64,000 nucleotides of DNA from an uncultured Prevotella sp. (GCA_937863835.1 CALMHT010000180.1:5395-69394), one strand, 5' to 3'; numbered from the stretch's first letter, positions 9,009-20,352 are shown. The notes: generated by a model not told the origin, from the sequence alone. Numbers and translations are program-made.

Positions 9009-10604
9009 TTATTTCTTATACTTGACAGCGGCCTTTTCTATTTCCAGTCCTGTCATGTAGTTTTCAATATAAGCATCGAATCCTGTCACATCTTCTGCAG
9101 TAGGTTTAACCTCTACACCTGTGTTGCCGGCAAATACTTTCTTGTCGAGGAAGTCGGCTAATGACTGGTCTTTGTCTTTATTGACAAGATAGGATGCCAG
9201 CAATGCGATACCCCATGCTCCGCCTTCACCTGCTGTCTCCATGACAGAGATAGGTGAGTTGATGGCAGCGGCAAGTATTCTTTGTCCTACGCCCTTGGTC
9301 TTAAAGAGTCCGCCGTGACCGGTGATCTTGTCCACTTTGATATTCTCTTTCTTGAAGAGAATGTCGTTGCCTATCTTCAATACACCTACAGATGCATAGA
9401 GATTGGCGCGCATAAAGTTGGCCAGGTTGAATTTGTCGTTGGCTGAACGTACGAACATCGGTCTGCCTTCAGCAAGACCTGTTACAGGTTCTCCTGAAAT
9501 ATAGTTGTATGCGATAAGTCCTCCACAGTCGGCATCTCCTTCAAGCGCATGGTTGTAGAGTTTACCGAATACTTCGTTCATATCTACAGGTACACCAAGC
9601 AGTTGCTGATATTCCTTAAACAGATTTATCCAGGCATTCAGGTCGGATGTACAGTTGTTGCAATGTACCATAGCTACCGGACTGCCGCAAGGTGTCGTTA
9701 CCATGTCGATGACTTCATAAGGCTGTGACAATGCTTTTTCAAGCACGATCATAGAGAACGATGAAGTGCCGGCGGATACATTACCTGTACGTTGTCTGAC
9801 GGCATTGGTGGCTGCCATACCTGTACCGGCATCTCCTTCAGGAGGACAAACAGGTATTCCTGCTTTCAGATGTCCTGACGGGTCTATCTTCTTGGCACCT
9901 TCTTCTGTCAGTGTTCCGGCATTTTCTCCTGCTAGTAATACTTTAGGGAAAATATCGAGGAGTTTCCATCCGAAGCCTTTCGGGGCAATCAGTTTATCAA
10001 ACTTTCCAACCATTTCGGCATCGTAGTCGTTGGTTGTGGAGTCGATAGGAATCATACCTGATGCATCGCCGATACCAAGCACTTTTTCGCCTGTAATCTG
10101 CCAATGGATATATCCGGCAAGTGTGGTCTGGAATTTAATATCCTTTACATGTTCCTCATTGTTGAGGATAGCCTGATATAAGTGGGATATGCTCCAACGG
10201 AGAGGCACATTGAAATGGAAAAGCTCAGACAATTCGGCTGCTGCTTTGCCTGTATTGGTATTTCTCCATGTCCTGAAAGGAACGAGTATTTCTTCTTTGT
10301 CATTGAATGCCATATAACCGTGCATCATGGCACTGATACCTATAGCAGCAAGTGTTTCGAGTTCTATACCGTATTGTTCTTTTATATTAGAACGGAGATC
10401 GGCATAACAGTCCTGCAAACCATTCCATATAGCATCGATGCTATAGGTCCAAAGACCGTCTACGAGTTGGTTTTCCCACTCGTGACTGCCTTGGGCGATC
10501 GGCTTATTCTCCTGGTCTACCAGTACGGCTTTGATTCTTGTAGAACCAAATTCGATACCGAGGATGGATTTACCCGATTCTATTGTTTGTTTTGCGTTCA
10601 TCAT
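9009..10604 (-). CDS. araB: L-ribulokinase (FGGY carbohydrate kinase, Bacteroides AraB type)
   Basis: [12 protein letters not shown] phosphate-1 motif, [14 protein letters not shown] and GHGGLFK; located between araA and GH51. Confidence 0.88.
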   Translation of the reverse strand: MMNAKQTIESGKSILGIEFGSTRIKAVLVDQENKPIAQGSHEWENQLVDGLWTYSIDAIWNGLQDCYADLRSNIKEQYGIELETLAAIGISAMMHGYMAFNDKEEILVPFRTWRNTNTGKAAAELSELFHFNVPLRWSISHLYQAILNNEEHVKDIKFQTTLAGYIHWQITGEKVLGIGDASGMIPIDSTTNDYDAEMVGKFDKLIAPKGFGWKLLDIFPKVLLAGENAGTLTEEGAKKIDPSGHLKAGIPVCPPEGDAGTGMAATNAVRQRTGNVSAGTSSFSMIVLEKALSQPYEVIDMVTTPCGSPVAMVHCNNCTSDLNAWINLFKEYQQLLGVPVDMNEVFGKLYNHALEGDADCGGLIAYNYISGEPVTGLAEGRPMFVRSANDKFNLANFMRANLYASVGVLKIGNDILFKKENIKVDKITGHGGLFKTKGVGQRILAAAINSPISVMETAGEGGAWGIALLASYLVNKDKDQSLADFLDKKVFAGNTGVEVKPTAEDVTGFDAYIENYMTGLEIEKAAVKYKK

Positions 10605-10609
10605 AAATC

Positions 10610-12151
10610 TTAGCGTAATGCTTTATTTAACATGTAGTAAACTTCGTTGAAGCGTAATTCCTTACGGAAGTCTTCATAGTCTGTCTTCTTATTGATGATA
10701 CAGCATTCGATGTCTGCGATCTCAGCATAGTCGCGCCAATATTCGTCTGTCAGATCATAAGAGAAGCAACTGTGGTGTGTACCTCCTGCGTTAATCCAGC
10801 ATCCTACACCAACTTCGAATGTAGGTTCAGGAATCCATAGGTTGGATGCTACCGGCAGTTTAGGTAATGGTTTGCTCTTGATGCAGTTTACATCATTGGC
10901 GATGAGACGGAAACGGTTGCCCATATCTACAACAGTAGCTGCGATACCGTGACCTTGTTTGGATGTGAATACCAAACGGGCTGTCTGACTCTTGCGGATA
11001 CCGATACCTAGGAAGTGAACTTCAAGACGTGGCTTTTCTTCTGCGATGTCTGGGTTGATTTCCAACATGTGTGCTTCAAGGATGGATGTGTTGTCACCGT
11101 CAAAGTTTAAGGTGTAATCTTCCAGGAATGAACTTCCACCAGGAAGCCCCTGTGTCATAAACCATGTGGTTCTGTATAAAGCGGCTGATTTCCAGTCACC
11201 TTCTGCACCGAATCCGTAACCGTCGTGCATCAGACGCTGAGAAGCAAGTCCAGGAATCTGATCGAATCCCTTGCCTGTCTCTTCTACGTTTGCGTCGCCA
11301 AGGTCATCGAAATTGGTTGTGAATGCTTTGGCACCCTTGTCCTTTAACAATGTGCGGAGTGTGATTTCAGCTTTGGCTGAATTCCATATTTTCTTATAAG
11401 CTTCTGTACTCTTGTCTTCGAGTGCTTTGTCGTGTGCATAGTCTTTGAAGTAAACCTGAACGAGATCATCAACTTCTGCGTCCTTTACTTGGTTGAAGTA
11501 AACCATGACTTCGCTGAACGGCATATAATCTACGTGATAACCCATCACTTGTTCAGCAGCTACTTTATCACCGTCTGTAACGGCTACATTGTTCATCTGG
11601 TCGCCGAAACGCAAGATGAGCATATCCTGTGAGTCTGCCCATGCTGCACAAACGCGTGACCATACAGCGATATGATCCTGTGTCTTTGCATCATCCCAAT
11701 ATCCTACAACAGTCTTACGAGGTTTGCGAAGACGAGACAGAATATGACCATATTCGCGGTCTCCGTGAGCACTCTGGTTCAGGTTCATGAAGTCCATATC
11801 CATGGTATCCCAAGGAATCTGTTTGTTATACTGTGTGTGTAGGTGGAGCAGAGGTTTGCGGAGAATCTGCAATCCGTGAATCCACATTTTGGCTGGTGAG
11901 AATGTATGCATCCAAGTAATGACACCAATACATTTCTTATCATTGTTGGCTGCAGACATAATGTCAGCTACTTCATTAGAACTGTTGGCTGTACCTTTAT
12001 ATACAACTTTTATAGGAAGGCGACCAGACTTGTTCAGTCCGTCTACCATTTCTTTTGAGTGTCCGTCTACTTGCACTACTGCGTCACCTCCGTAAAGGAG
12101 CTGTGCTCCTGTTACGAACCATACTTCGAAATTATCAAATGCTTTTACCAT
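10610..12151 (-). CDS. araA: L-arabinose isomerase
   Basis: [51 protein letters not shown] and GGTHH. Confidence 0.97.
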   Translation of the reverse strand: MVKAFDNFEVWFVTGAQLLYGGDAVVQVDGHSKEMVDGLNKSGRLPIKVVYKGTANSSNEVADIMSAANNDKKCIGVITWMHTFSPAKMWIHGLQILRKPLLHLHTQYNKQIPWDTMDMDFMNLNQSAHGDREYGHILSRLRKPRKTVVGYWDDAKTQDHIAVWSRVCAAWADSQDMLILRFGDQMNNVAVTDGDKVAAEQVMGYHVDYMPFSEVMVYFNQVKDAEVDDLVQVYFKDYAHDKALEDKSTEAYKKIWNSAKAEITLRTLLKDKGAKAFTTNFDDLGDANVEETGKGFDQIPGLASQRLMHDGYGFGAEGDWKSAALYRTTWFMTQGLPGGSSFLEDYTLNFDGDNTSILEAHMLEINPDIAEEKPRLEVHFLGIGIRKSQTARLVFTSKQGHGIAATVVDMGNRFRLIANDVNCIKSKPLPKLPVASNLWIPEPTFEVGVGCWINAGGTHHSCFSYDLTDEYWRDYAEIADIECCIINKKTDYEDFRKELRFNEVYYMLNKALR

Positions 12152-12182
12152 TTTATTATGTTGTTTAGATTAATATATTGTT

Positions 12183-12884
12183 TTATTTTTTCTTTTGTCC
12201 GTAATATGCGTTAGGTCCGTGCTTACGACTGAAATGTTTCTCTATAAGCAGGGGATTCATTGTCGTATCGGGATTCACTGAGAATGAAATGAATGCCATC
12301 TTGGCTACTTGTTCCATGACGACGGCATTGTATACTGCATTATCCGCATCTTTGCCCCATGAAAATGGACCATGGTTCTTAACCAATACGCCTGGTGTGT
12401 GAACGGGATTGATGTTGCCGTCCTTGATTCGTTTAACGATGACATTTCCTGTTTCCAACTCGTATTCACCTTTCACCTCGGCTTCTGTCATATCAGCTGT
12501 ACAGGGTATCTCATCATGGAAATAATCTGCATGGGTAGTGCCGATGTTTGGAATATCTTTGCCAGCCTGAGCCCAAGCTGTAGCGTATGTAGAGTGGGTG
12601 TGAACAATTCCACCTATCTCAGGGAATGCTCTATATAATACAAGGTGGGTGGGGGTGTCGGATGACGGGTTGAGATCGCCTTCTACAGTCTTACCTGTTT
12701 TAAGGTCTACGACAACCATATCTGATGCCTTCATGGTATCATAGCTGACACCGGATGGCTTGATGACGACTAATCCCTTTTCACGGTCGATACCGGACAC
12801 ATTTCCCCATGTGAATATGACCAGATTGTGCTTAACCAAATCAAGATTGGCCTTAAAAACTTTTTCTTTTAATTCTTCTAACAT
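12183..12884 (-). CDS. araD: L-ribulose-5-phosphate 4-epimerase
   Basis: [32 protein letters not shown] and NHGPF class II aldolase motifs. Confidence 0.97.
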   Translation of the reverse strand: MLEELKEKVFKANLDLVKHNLVIFTWGNVSGIDREKGLVVIKPSGVSYDTMKASDMVVVDLKTGKTVEGDLNPSSDTPTHLVLYRAFPEIGGIVHTHSTYATAWAQAGKDIPNIGTTHADYFHDEIPCTADMTEAEVKGEYELETGNVIVKRIKDGNINPVHTPGVLVKNHGPFSWGKDADNAVYNAVVMEQVAKMAFISFSVNPDTTMNPLLIEKHFSRKHGPNAYYGQKKK

Positions 12885-12889
12885 TTCTT

Positions 12890-13567
12890 TTAGAGTTTAA
12901 AATTTGGATCTTCACTGAAAGACTCTTCATTGAATCGATACAAAGCTGCACCTCTCTTTGAAGATTTCTTGTCTATCTTATCTGTCTTTTCTACAAAATC
13001 CATATCTTTAATACGTTTGCGGAAGTTGCGCTTGTCAACTTCTTCTCCACCGATTGCTTCATATACATTCTGCAACTGTGTAAGAGTAAAAAGTTCTGGT
13101 AGTAAGTTGAAACTGATGGGTTCAGTAGACAGACGCTTGCGCATCATCCTTAACGCCTTTGCAACCATCTTGTTGTGGTCGGAATACAGTTTAGGCAGTT
13201 CGTCTATATTAACCCATTCCAGTCCATATTGTTCCCTCAGATGTTCATCATAGTCTTTGACATTGATAAGAGCCCAATATGCTACTGATATAACTCGGTC
13301 TCCCGGGTCACGGTTTACTTCACCATAAGCACCACCTTGTTTCATATAGATGCCTGTCATACCTGTCAGGTCGTGAAGAACTCTGTTTGCTGCGTCGTTT
13401 AGACTTTCATTGTCACCTACGAAACCACCGTAAAGTGACCATTCTCCTCGGCCCGGGTCCATCTTACGCCTGCCGATAAGTATGCGTAAGTGGCCCTCCT
13501 CGAATCCGAAGACGATACAGTCGACGGAAACAAAGACCTTGGAATATTCGTTATAGTATGCTACCAT
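12890..13567 (-). CDS. araR: NrtR-family (Nudix + winged helix) transcriptional regulator AraR
   Basis: SVDCIVFG, degenerate Nudix box WSLYGGFV...[16 protein letters not shown]-terminal FTLTQLQ..YE...DKRNFRKRI...RGAALYRF; embedded in the ara operon. Confidence 0.9.
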   Translation of the reverse strand: MVAYYNEYSKVFVSVDCIVFGFEEGHLRILIGRRKMDPGRGEWSLYGGFVGDNESLNDAANRVLHDLTGMTGIYMKQGGAYGEVNRDPGDRVISVAYWALINVKDYDEHLREQYGLEWVNIDELPKLYSDHNKMVAKALRMMRKRLSTEPISFNLLPELFTLTQLQNVYEAIGGEEVDKRNFRKRIKDMDFVEKTDKIDKKSSKRGAALYRFNEESFSEDPNFKL

Positions 13568-13587
13568 TTTTTATATATTTGTTCTTT

Positions 13588-15333
13588 TTACCAGAAGTAG
13601 TAATAGAATGCTGCGCAAAGTGCTACTACGCCCAGTGTTGCAACAATATCCCAGACATTGAAGCTTTCTTTAATCTGTTTCTTGTAGTCGCCTGTGAATG
13701 TAATTGCCTCAACTTGTTCTTTGCTTGGTGCTGCTGTGAAGAATGATACGACAATCATCAATATGACAATGGCAACAAGTAACCAACACTCGAAGATGAG
13801 CCAGTTGGTCTGCCAGAACCATGCAGTACTACTCCAGAAGGCACCGTTCATAACGGTCTCACCTGAGTTGGTGATTACATTCGTTAATAGTCTTACCATA
13901 CCAATAACGAAACCTCCAATCAGTCCCCATTCACCTGCCTTAGGTGTAATCTTCTTGGAGAAAATACCTAACGTGAATACTGCCACCATGGCTGGGGCAA
14001 GTAACGACTGTATACCCTGCAGATAACTATATAAGTTACCCATATTCATCATAACAGGAAGCCATAGCAAACCGAGAATAACAACAACGACAGTAGCTAC
14101 ACGTCCGACAAGTACATAGTGAGCTTCACTCTTTCCTTGTTTCATTGGTTTGTAGAAGTCTTCTGTGAAGAGGGTCGCACAACTGTTGAAGAACGCGGCA
14201 AGAGATGTAACCAGTGCGCAAACGAAACCAATTGTGACAAATCCCTTTACACCTACAGGAAGAATGTTCTTGACCATCATGGCAAAGGCACCGTCTGTGT
14301 CGTGCTGATTAGTGATATCCATTGTGATTCCACTGTGTGGGTCGCTGGAAAGGGCAATAGCAATCATACCAGGGATAAGGAACATGAATACAGGAAGAAG
14401 TTTGAAATAGCCTGCTGCGATGGTACCACGGCGGGCACGTTTCATAACAGTTGCATTGTCTTCACCGCGTGTCTGTCCAAGTACACGTTGAACAATGTGC
14501 TGGTCTGTACACCAGTACCAGAAACCGATAATCGAAGCTCCAAGGAATACAACAAATCCAGGATACTGATGGTACATAGGATCGCCTTCTTCCCAGTGGA
14601 ACATGTGTGTCGTTCCGTATCCGTTATGAAGTTGTGAACAGTAGTTCATCATATGTGACCATCCTTCTGTTATGCTTCCTTGACCAAGGGCCGAAAGTCC
14701 CAAGAAGAGGACAAGGAACGAGCCTATAATAAGAATAGGTGTCTGTATGGCCGACATCGTCATAACTCCCTTCATTCCTCCGAAGACAGTGAAAATAGCT
14801 GTAATGGCAATAAGTCCTAATGCTCCCCACCAGAATGGCAGACCAAGCAGATATTCAAAGAATATACCTCCAGTAAATGCTGTAACACTTACCTTGGTAA
14901 GGATATATGCAATCAGCGTGATGATACTTAACCAAGAACCTGTCTTCTTTGTGTATCGGTATTTCAGAAAATCAGGCATTGTGATGATTTTACCCATCTT
15001 ATTGTTCAGAAGTTGATAGAACGGAACAAAAATCCAACCTAAAAGCAGAATCATCCATCCTTGCATCTCCCAGTGAGCCATACCGACACCGTCTTTGGCA
15101 CCTGTACCAGCAAGACCGACGAGATGTTCTGAACCGATGTTTGCTGCAAAGATAGCAGCACCGATTATATACCATGGTTCACCTTTACCGAACAAGTAGT
15201 CCTGACTGTCGGCGCCTTTCATTTTTTCTTTGTCTTTTTTCAACGTACGCCAAACATACCAGACAATAAGTACGAAGCCGACTGCTAGAATAGTCCAGTC
15301 GAGCCACACGAATTCATGTGCATTCCAATTCAT
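13588..15333 (-). CDS. araP: Sodium:solute symporter (SSS family), probable L-arabinose transporter
   Basis: AANIGSEHLVGLAG, WYWCTDQHIVQR and many TM helices; operon context. Confidence 0.85.
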   Translation of the reverse strand: MNWNAHEFVWLDWTILAVGFVLIVWYVWRTLKKDKEKMKGADSQDYLFGKGEPWYIIGAAIFAANIGSEHLVGLAGTGAKDGVGMAHWEMQGWMILLLGWIFVPFYQLLNNKMGKIITMPDFLKYRYTKKTGSWLSIITLIAYILTKVSVTAFTGGIFFEYLLGLPFWWGALGLIAITAIFTVFGGMKGVMTMSAIQTPILIIGSFLVLFLGLSALGQGSITEGWSHMMNYCSQLHNGYGTTHMFHWEEGDPMYHQYPGFVVFLGASIIGFWYWCTDQHIVQRVLGQTRGEDNATVMKRARRGTIAAGYFKLLPVFMFLIPGMIAIALSSDPHSGITMDITNQHDTDGAFAMMVKNILPVGVKGFVTIGFVCALVTSLAAFFNSCATLFTEDFYKPMKQGKSEAHYVLVGRVATVVVVILGLLWLPVMMNMGNLYSYLQGIQSLLAPAMVAVFTLGIFSKKITPKAGEWGLIGGFVIGMVRLLTNVITNSGETVMNGAFWSSTAWFWQTNWLIFECWLLVAIVILMIVVSFFTAAPSKEQVEAITFTGDYKKQIKESFNVWDIVATLGVVALCAAFYYYFW

Positions 15334-15363
15334 TTTGTTAATAGTTTTATTTGATTATGATTT

Positions 15364-16554
15364 TTATTTCTTTACGCTGAACTTGTATACCAAATGACTG
15401 TAGTATTTTTCTCCTGGTTTCAAGTATGGATTAGATATTTCCCAACCTTTGGTCTTCGCCGCGTATTTGGTTGGAGAATCAGGATATTTCTGACTTTCGA
15501 AGCATACACTGACATGTTTAGGATATTTGATACCATGCTTGCAACTTATTCCAGTACCCTGAAAGTTTCCTGTATAGACTTGTATTCCAGGTTCGTTGGT
15601 ATAAACCTCAAGCAGTATGCCTGATTTAGGAGAATATAGACTTGCACATACCTGTGTGTCGTCACCTTTACCATTCTTAAATGTATTCAGACACCAGTTG
15701 TGGTCATAACCGGTCGCATTTCTAATTTGATCGAAAGTAGGGTCGTATGCTTCACCGATTACTTTTGGTTCACGGAAGTCCATAGGAGTATTAGCTACAC
15801 TTTTGATTTCTCCTGTTGGAATATAAAATCTGTTACTAGGAGTAAAGTTATCAGCATTGATATACATAACCTGATCAAAACCCTCTTTTGATGGATCACC
15901 GTTTAAGTTGAAGTATGAGTGATTAGTCATGTTGATGACTGTCTCTTTGTCTGTCGTTGCTTTAAATATAATATCAAGTGTGTTGTCGCTTTTCACGGTA
16001 TAGGTGGCTGTAGCCTTTACAGTGCCAGGGAAACCGTTTTCGCCGTCTTTAGCTGTTATTGCAAATACGATCGAAGAATCAGTTTTGGACTTTACATCAT
16101 ATACTTTGTTCAACCAACCTGTATTGCCGCCTCCGTGAAGACAGTTCATTGCATCATTAGCTCTCAACTTGTATTCTTTTCCTGCCACTGTTATTTTGGC
16201 ATCTTTAATTCTATTTGCATAACGGCCTACTGATGAACCGTAATCAGACGGCGTTCTTGCTGTGTCAGTATACTGAGCTATATTATCGTAGCCGAGCACA
16301 ACGTCAGTTGACTTGTGGTTTTTGTCGGGAACAGACAATGATACGACACGTCCACCGTAGTTGGTAAGACATACTTCCATACCATTTTTATTGGCAATGG
16401 TATACAACTGAGTTTTTTTACCACTAATTGTCGACACAAATTTAGCTGGATTCAATCCCGATACAGTTAATTTTGTAGTCTTGCTTCCTGCACATGCAGT
16501 TAATGCTGTTAACGCCATACCTGCGACCAGAAATACGTTCTTCATTGTTTTCAT
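15364..16554 (-). CDS. araM: Aldose 1-epimerase (mutarotase) with lipoprotein signal; arabinose epimerase AraM
   Basis: GRYANRI, LHGG, NMTNHSYFNL, YDHNW and CFESQ; lipobox LTAC at Cys21; first gene of the ara operon. Confidence 0.88.
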   Translation of the reverse strand: MKTMKNVFLVAGMALTALTACAGSKTTKLTVSGLNPAKFVSTISGKKTQLYTIANKNGMEVCLTNYGGRVVSLSVPDKNHKSTDVVLGYDNIAQYTDTARTPSDYGSSVGRYANRIKDAKITVAGKEYKLRANDAMNCLHGGGNTGWLNKVYDVKSKTDSSIVFAITAKDGENGFPGTVKATATYTVKSDNTLDIIFKATTDKETVINMTNHSYFNLNGDPSKEGFDQVMYINADNFTPSNRFYIPTGEIKSVANTPMDFREPKVIGEAYDPTFDQIRNATGYDHNWCLNTFKNGKGDDTQVCASLYSPKSGILLEVYTNEPGIQVYTGNFQGTGISCKHGIKYPKHVSVCFESQKYPDSPTKYAAKTKGWEISNPYLKPGEKYYSHLVYKFSVKK

Positions 16555-16593
16555 ATTGATCTTTTTAGGTTTTAATTATGTTACATATTAAAT

Positions 16594-16613
16594 TGGGTGT
16601 AAAATTACAATTT
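16594..16613 (-). promoter_or_regulatory. AraR operator-like site 1, overlapping a variant -7 element (TAATTTTA)
   Basis: The minus strand reads AAATTGTAATTTTACACCCA, a GT-N-ACAC NrtR-type site whose right half (TTTTACACCCA) matches the B. thetaiotaomicron AraR operator as I recall it. Confidence 0.6.
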
Positions 16614-16654
16614 AATTTCATTGGTTGTATCAAAAAAACAAATTATTTTTGTCG

Positions 16655-16677
16655 AAAAGTGTCTTTTTTACACTTTT
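16655..16677. promoter_or_regulatory. AraR operator-like site 2 (perfect palindrome)
   Basis: AAAAGTGT-CTTTTTT-ACACTTTT, about 100 nt upstream of araM; fits the AraR/NrtR GTGT-N7-ACAC pattern. Confidence 0.75.
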
Positions 16678-16717
16678 TAGCAAGAAACTTATGTAAAACG
16701 TTCATTTTATGGCAAAA

Positions 16718-16754
16718 AATAAGGTTGCACCTTCTGTTTTGATGCAACCTTATT
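16718..16754 (-). terminator. Intrinsic terminator after galK
   Basis: AATAAGGTTGCA-N13-TGCAACCTTATT; the A-run at 16714-16717 gives a U-tract on the - strand. Confidence 0.8.
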
Positions 16755-16776
16755 AGAAATATAAATCAATAGTAGA

Positions 16777-17937
16777 TTATTCAATTTTACGCGAACCATC
16801 ACTGATAACGACATCATAAACTTTTGGCGCATGACCAAATTTTGCAGCATATTTTTGTTTTGCATCTGCAATAAACTTGTCATATAAGCTATCTTTCACT
16901 AAATTGATAGTACAACCGCCAAAGCCACCGCCCATGATTCGGCTACCGGTAACTCCGTTTTCTTTTGCTATGTCATTCAGATAATCTAGTTCTGCACAAG
17001 AAACTTCGTATTCTTTACTCAGTCCGAAGTGTGTCTCGTACATTTTCTTTCCTACTGTTTCGTAATCTCCTGCGTTAAGTGCATCACATACTGCAAGAAC
17101 ACGGTCTTTTTCTCCAAGAACGTATTTAGCCCTCAATGCGTCTTCTTCACTTACATCACCTTTAACAGCTTCGAGCATGTCCCAGTCGGCATCGCGAAGT
17201 GTTTCAATCTTCTTGTCTGTAAACTTCTTCTGCATTGCTGCCACAACATTTTCGCAACTCTTACGACGGTCGTTGTATGCAGATGATGCCAATTCGTGTT
17301 TAACAACAGAATCGACTAATACAAGTTTATATCCTTGTGGATTGAATGGGAAGTATTCAAATTCACGACTTCTGCAATCCAAACGCATCAGTTTACCTGC
17401 TTGTCCAAACACACTGGCAAACTGGTCCATAATGCCACAATTTACACCACAGTAGTTGTGCTCTGTTGCTTGTCCTGCCAGAACCATGTCCCATTTAGAG
17501 ACCTTATTGTCACCAAATTGGTCGTTGAGTGCAAAGGCAAAACAACTTTCCAATGCAGCGGACGAAGACATTCCGGCACCGAGCGGAACATCACCAGCAA
17601 ATGCTGTATTGAATCCTTTAACGTCAACGCCCAACTTCTTCATTTCCTGGATGATACCATAGATGTAGCGAGCCCAACTGGCTTTAGGACCTTTTTCGTC
17701 ATTGATATCAAATTCTACACGGTCTTTGAGATCGATAGAGTAGGCCTGTACCTTATTTGATCCGTTAGGACGGATCTCACACATGATTCCTTTATCTACT
17801 GCTCCGGGGAAAACGAATCCTCCATTATAATCTGTGTGTTCACCAATCAGATTAATACGACCCGGAGAGGCGTAAATGCTTCCGGTCTGACCATCAAAAT
17901 GTTTGATGAAACGACTTCTTACATATTCTATATCCAT
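16777..17937 (-). CDS. galK: Galactokinase
   Basis: PGRINLIGEHTDY, PLGAGMSSSAA, CGIMDQF and GSRIMGGGFGGC GHMP motifs. Confidence 0.97.
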   Translation of the reverse strand: MDIEYVRSRFIKHFDGQTGSIYASPGRINLIGEHTDYNGGFVFPGAVDKGIMCEIRPNGSNKVQAYSIDLKDRVEFDINDEKGPKASWARYIYGIIQEMKKLGVDVKGFNTAFAGDVPLGAGMSSSAALESCFAFALNDQFGDNKVSKWDMVLAGQATEHNYCGVNCGIMDQFASVFGQAGKLMRLDCRSREFEYFPFNPQGYKLVLVDSVVKHELASSAYNDRRKSCENVVAAMQKKFTDKKIETLRDADWDMLEAVKGDVSEEDALRAKYVLGEKDRVLAVCDALNAGDYETVGKKMYETHFGLSKEYEVSCAELDYLNDIAKENGVTGSRIMGGGFGGCTINLVKDSLYDKFIADAKQKYAAKFGHAPKVYDVVISDGSRKIE

Positions 17938-17974
17938 AATTGTTTAGTATTTAAGTTTTGTAATAAATATAATC

Positions 17975-19216
17975 CTATTTCTTACTTAATCCGATTTTAC
18001 TACCAAAGTTGCAGAACCAAATGATATATGCATAGTATATAAACATAATACACATTGCAATAATAACACCTGTCTTATCAACAATCCAACCCATCATAGG
18101 CATCAGTATTGCAGCACCGATAACACCAGTATTGATAACACCGGTTGCAGCCTTTGTATGAGGTCCTAATTCCTGTAATCCGAGATTAAAAATTAAAGGC
18201 CACATGACTGAATGGAATAAACCGGCTGCAATCATACACCAGATACCTAACATACTGCTCTGGAATACAAGTGACAGAAGGATGCACAATGCACCGAGAC
18301 ATAGACAAGAGGTCAACAATTTACGCGGCTCAAATTTTGTTAGAATACCAGCACCCACGAAACGACCTACCATCATACCGCCCCAATAGAATGCCAAATA
18401 TGATGTCGCCATCTGTGCCAGCGCAGCTGAATCCATGCCAGGATTTAGTAATTGGAAACGATACGGTAACATTGATGGTACACCAATTTCCACACCCATG
18501 TACATAAAGATACCAAGAGCGCCGAGCCATACGTGTGTGTACTTGAATACGCTACTCTTGTATTGGATATGTTCACCGGAATCTTCAGCCTGTTTTGCTT
18601 CGTCTATTCTTGGTAATTTGAGGAATACCAATACCAAGCAAATGATAACAGTAAATATACCAAGACCAAGGAATGGACCTGGTACGTACTCAGGTGCCGG
18701 TGATTTTCCATTGATGATAACGTATGTAATAAATAAAGGTGCAACAGTAGTCGCTACTGAATTAAGTGCTTGACTTAATGTCATTCTAAATGCGCCTTTT
18801 TCTGGTGCTCCAAGTACCATGACATAAGGGTTCGCTACATTCTGAAGCATCACGACACCCATTGCTACGAGACACATTGAACCAAGGAATATTACATAAA
18901 CGTTAGCATTGGCCGCAATTGCCGCATTGATACCGATCGAATTGATAACGAAACCGATACCAGATATAGCAAGACCTAAGATAAGCGTATTCTTATAACC
19001 AATTTTACTCATCAGGAATGCGAATGGTATTGACAATAAATAAGCTCCGTAGAAGGCTGAATTCACATACTGCCCTTGTTGAGCTGAGAGATGAAATGCT
19101 TCAGAACAGAAGGAAATCATCGAATTGTTCATTGTCGTAATGAATCCGATAAGGAAACAAACAATGAACACAACAATTAACGCGAACATATAGTTCGGTT
19201 TTTGATTTTGAGTCAT
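17975..19216 (-). CDS. MFS sugar transporter, FucP/GluP family (probable galactose permease)
   Basis: About 12 TM helices; ANPYV..LG....GA.R..L.QA.NS..T, GALGIFMY.G.E and SVMWP.IF family motifs; lies between galM and galK. Confidence 0.85.
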   Translation of the reverse strand: MTQNQKPNYMFALIVVFIVCFLIGFITTMNNSMISFCSEAFHLSAQQGQYVNSAFYGAYLLSIPFAFLMSKIGYKNTLILGLAISGIGFVINSIGINAAIAANANVYVIFLGSMCLVAMGVVMLQNVANPYVMVLGAPEKGAFRMTLSQALNSVATTVAPLFITYVIINGKSPAPEYVPGPFLGLGIFTVIICLVLVFLKLPRIDEAKQAEDSGEHIQYKSSVFKYTHVWLGALGIFMYMGVEIGVPSMLPYRFQLLNPGMDSAALAQMATSYLAFYWGGMMVGRFVGAGILTKFEPRKLLTSCLCLGALCILLSLVFQSSMLGIWCMIAAGLFHSVMWPLIFNLGLQELGPHTKAATGVINTGVIGAAILMPMMGWIVDKTGVIIAMCIMFIYYAYIIWFCNFGSKIGLSKK

Positions 19217-19263
19217 AGTTATTTAAAATTATTAGTTATTGATAATATTCAGTTATGGTTTAG

Positions 19264-20352
19264 CTATTTCTTTACTCCAAATTTATAAATCGTTTTTTGC
19301 TTATATTGTTCGCCTGGATTCAGCACGACTGATGGGAAATATGGACGATTTGGACTATCTGGGAAATGCTGGCATTCGAAACAAACGGCGCTGCGTCGTG
19401 GGAATGTCGCCCCGTGTTGTCCTTTGTATCCATCTGCCCAGTTGTCAGTATACATCTGCACACCTGGTTCTGTTGTGTAAACTTCCATTGTTCTTCCGCT
19501 ATTGGGTTCTGTCAACCGAACGGCAAAACTCAGTTCGCCTTCTTCTTTCTTATTCAGTACAAAGCAATGATCGTATCCCGCACCATTCTTAATCTGTTCG
19601 TTATCGGCATCTATTTCTTTACCTATTGATTTTGGTTTACGGAAATCAAAAGGTGTGTCCTTTACAAAACGAATCTCACCCGTAGGGATGGATGTCTCGT
19701 CGATAGGAATATAAAAATCAGAATTAATTTCGCAAACTAAATTATCAATAGTCGGAGTTGGGTTTGCGATACCAGCCAGACTGAAAAATCCGTGATGAGT
19801 AAGGTTCATTATTGTCTTCTTGTTGGTACAAGCAAGATATTCTATAATCAATTCGTTCGCATCTGTAAAAGTATATTCAACTGTTATTCTCAATTCGCCT
19901 GTAAATCCTTCTTCTCCATAAGGGGAAACATAATGAAGTGCGAGGGAACGTGGTCCCATCTTTTTAGCATCCCATACTCTTGTGTGATATCCCTTAGGTC
20001 CTCCATGTAAAGCGTTAGGACCGTTATTAATTGCCAACTGATATTCTTTTCCGTTTAAAACAAACTGGCCTTTACATATTCTATTTCCAAAACGGCCTAT
20101 TAGAGTTGACAAATAAGGCTCCGGACTGTTGATAACATCTTTGATATTATCATGGCCTTGTATAACATTGGCAATTTTGCCGTCTTTATCGGGAACCATT
20201 ATGGCTACTACGGCACCACCATAATTTGTAATTGCTACTTCAAATCCTTTTCTGTTCTTAAGAATGTAAAGGTCTGTATTTTTTCCATTAATGGTGGTCT
20301 GAAAATCTTCTCTTTTCAGACCACAAAGGTTTTCTGTTTCTTTTGTGCTCAT
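19264..20352 (-). CDS. galM: Galactose mutarotase (aldose 1-epimerase), cytoplasmic
   Basis: GRFGNRI, LHGG, NLTHHGFF, GYDHCF and CFECQHFPDSPN; no signal peptide. Confidence 0.93.
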   Translation of the reverse strand: MSTKETENLCGLKREDFQTTINGKNTDLYILKNRKGFEVAITNYGGAVVAIMVPDKDGKIANVIQGHDNIKDVINSPEPYLSTLIGRFGNRICKGQFVLNGKEYQLAINNGPNALHGGPKGYHTRVWDAKKMGPRSLALHYVSPYGEEGFTGELRITVEYTFTDANELIIEYLACTNKKTIMNLTHHGFFSLAGIANPTPTIDNLVCEINSDFYIPIDETSIPTGEIRFVKDTPFDFRKPKSIGKEIDADNEQIKNGAGYDHCFVLNKKEEGELSFAVRLTEPNSGRTMEVYTTEPGVQMYTDNWADGYKGQHGATFPRRSAVCFECQHFPDSPNRPYFPSVVLNPGEQYKQKTIYKFGVKK

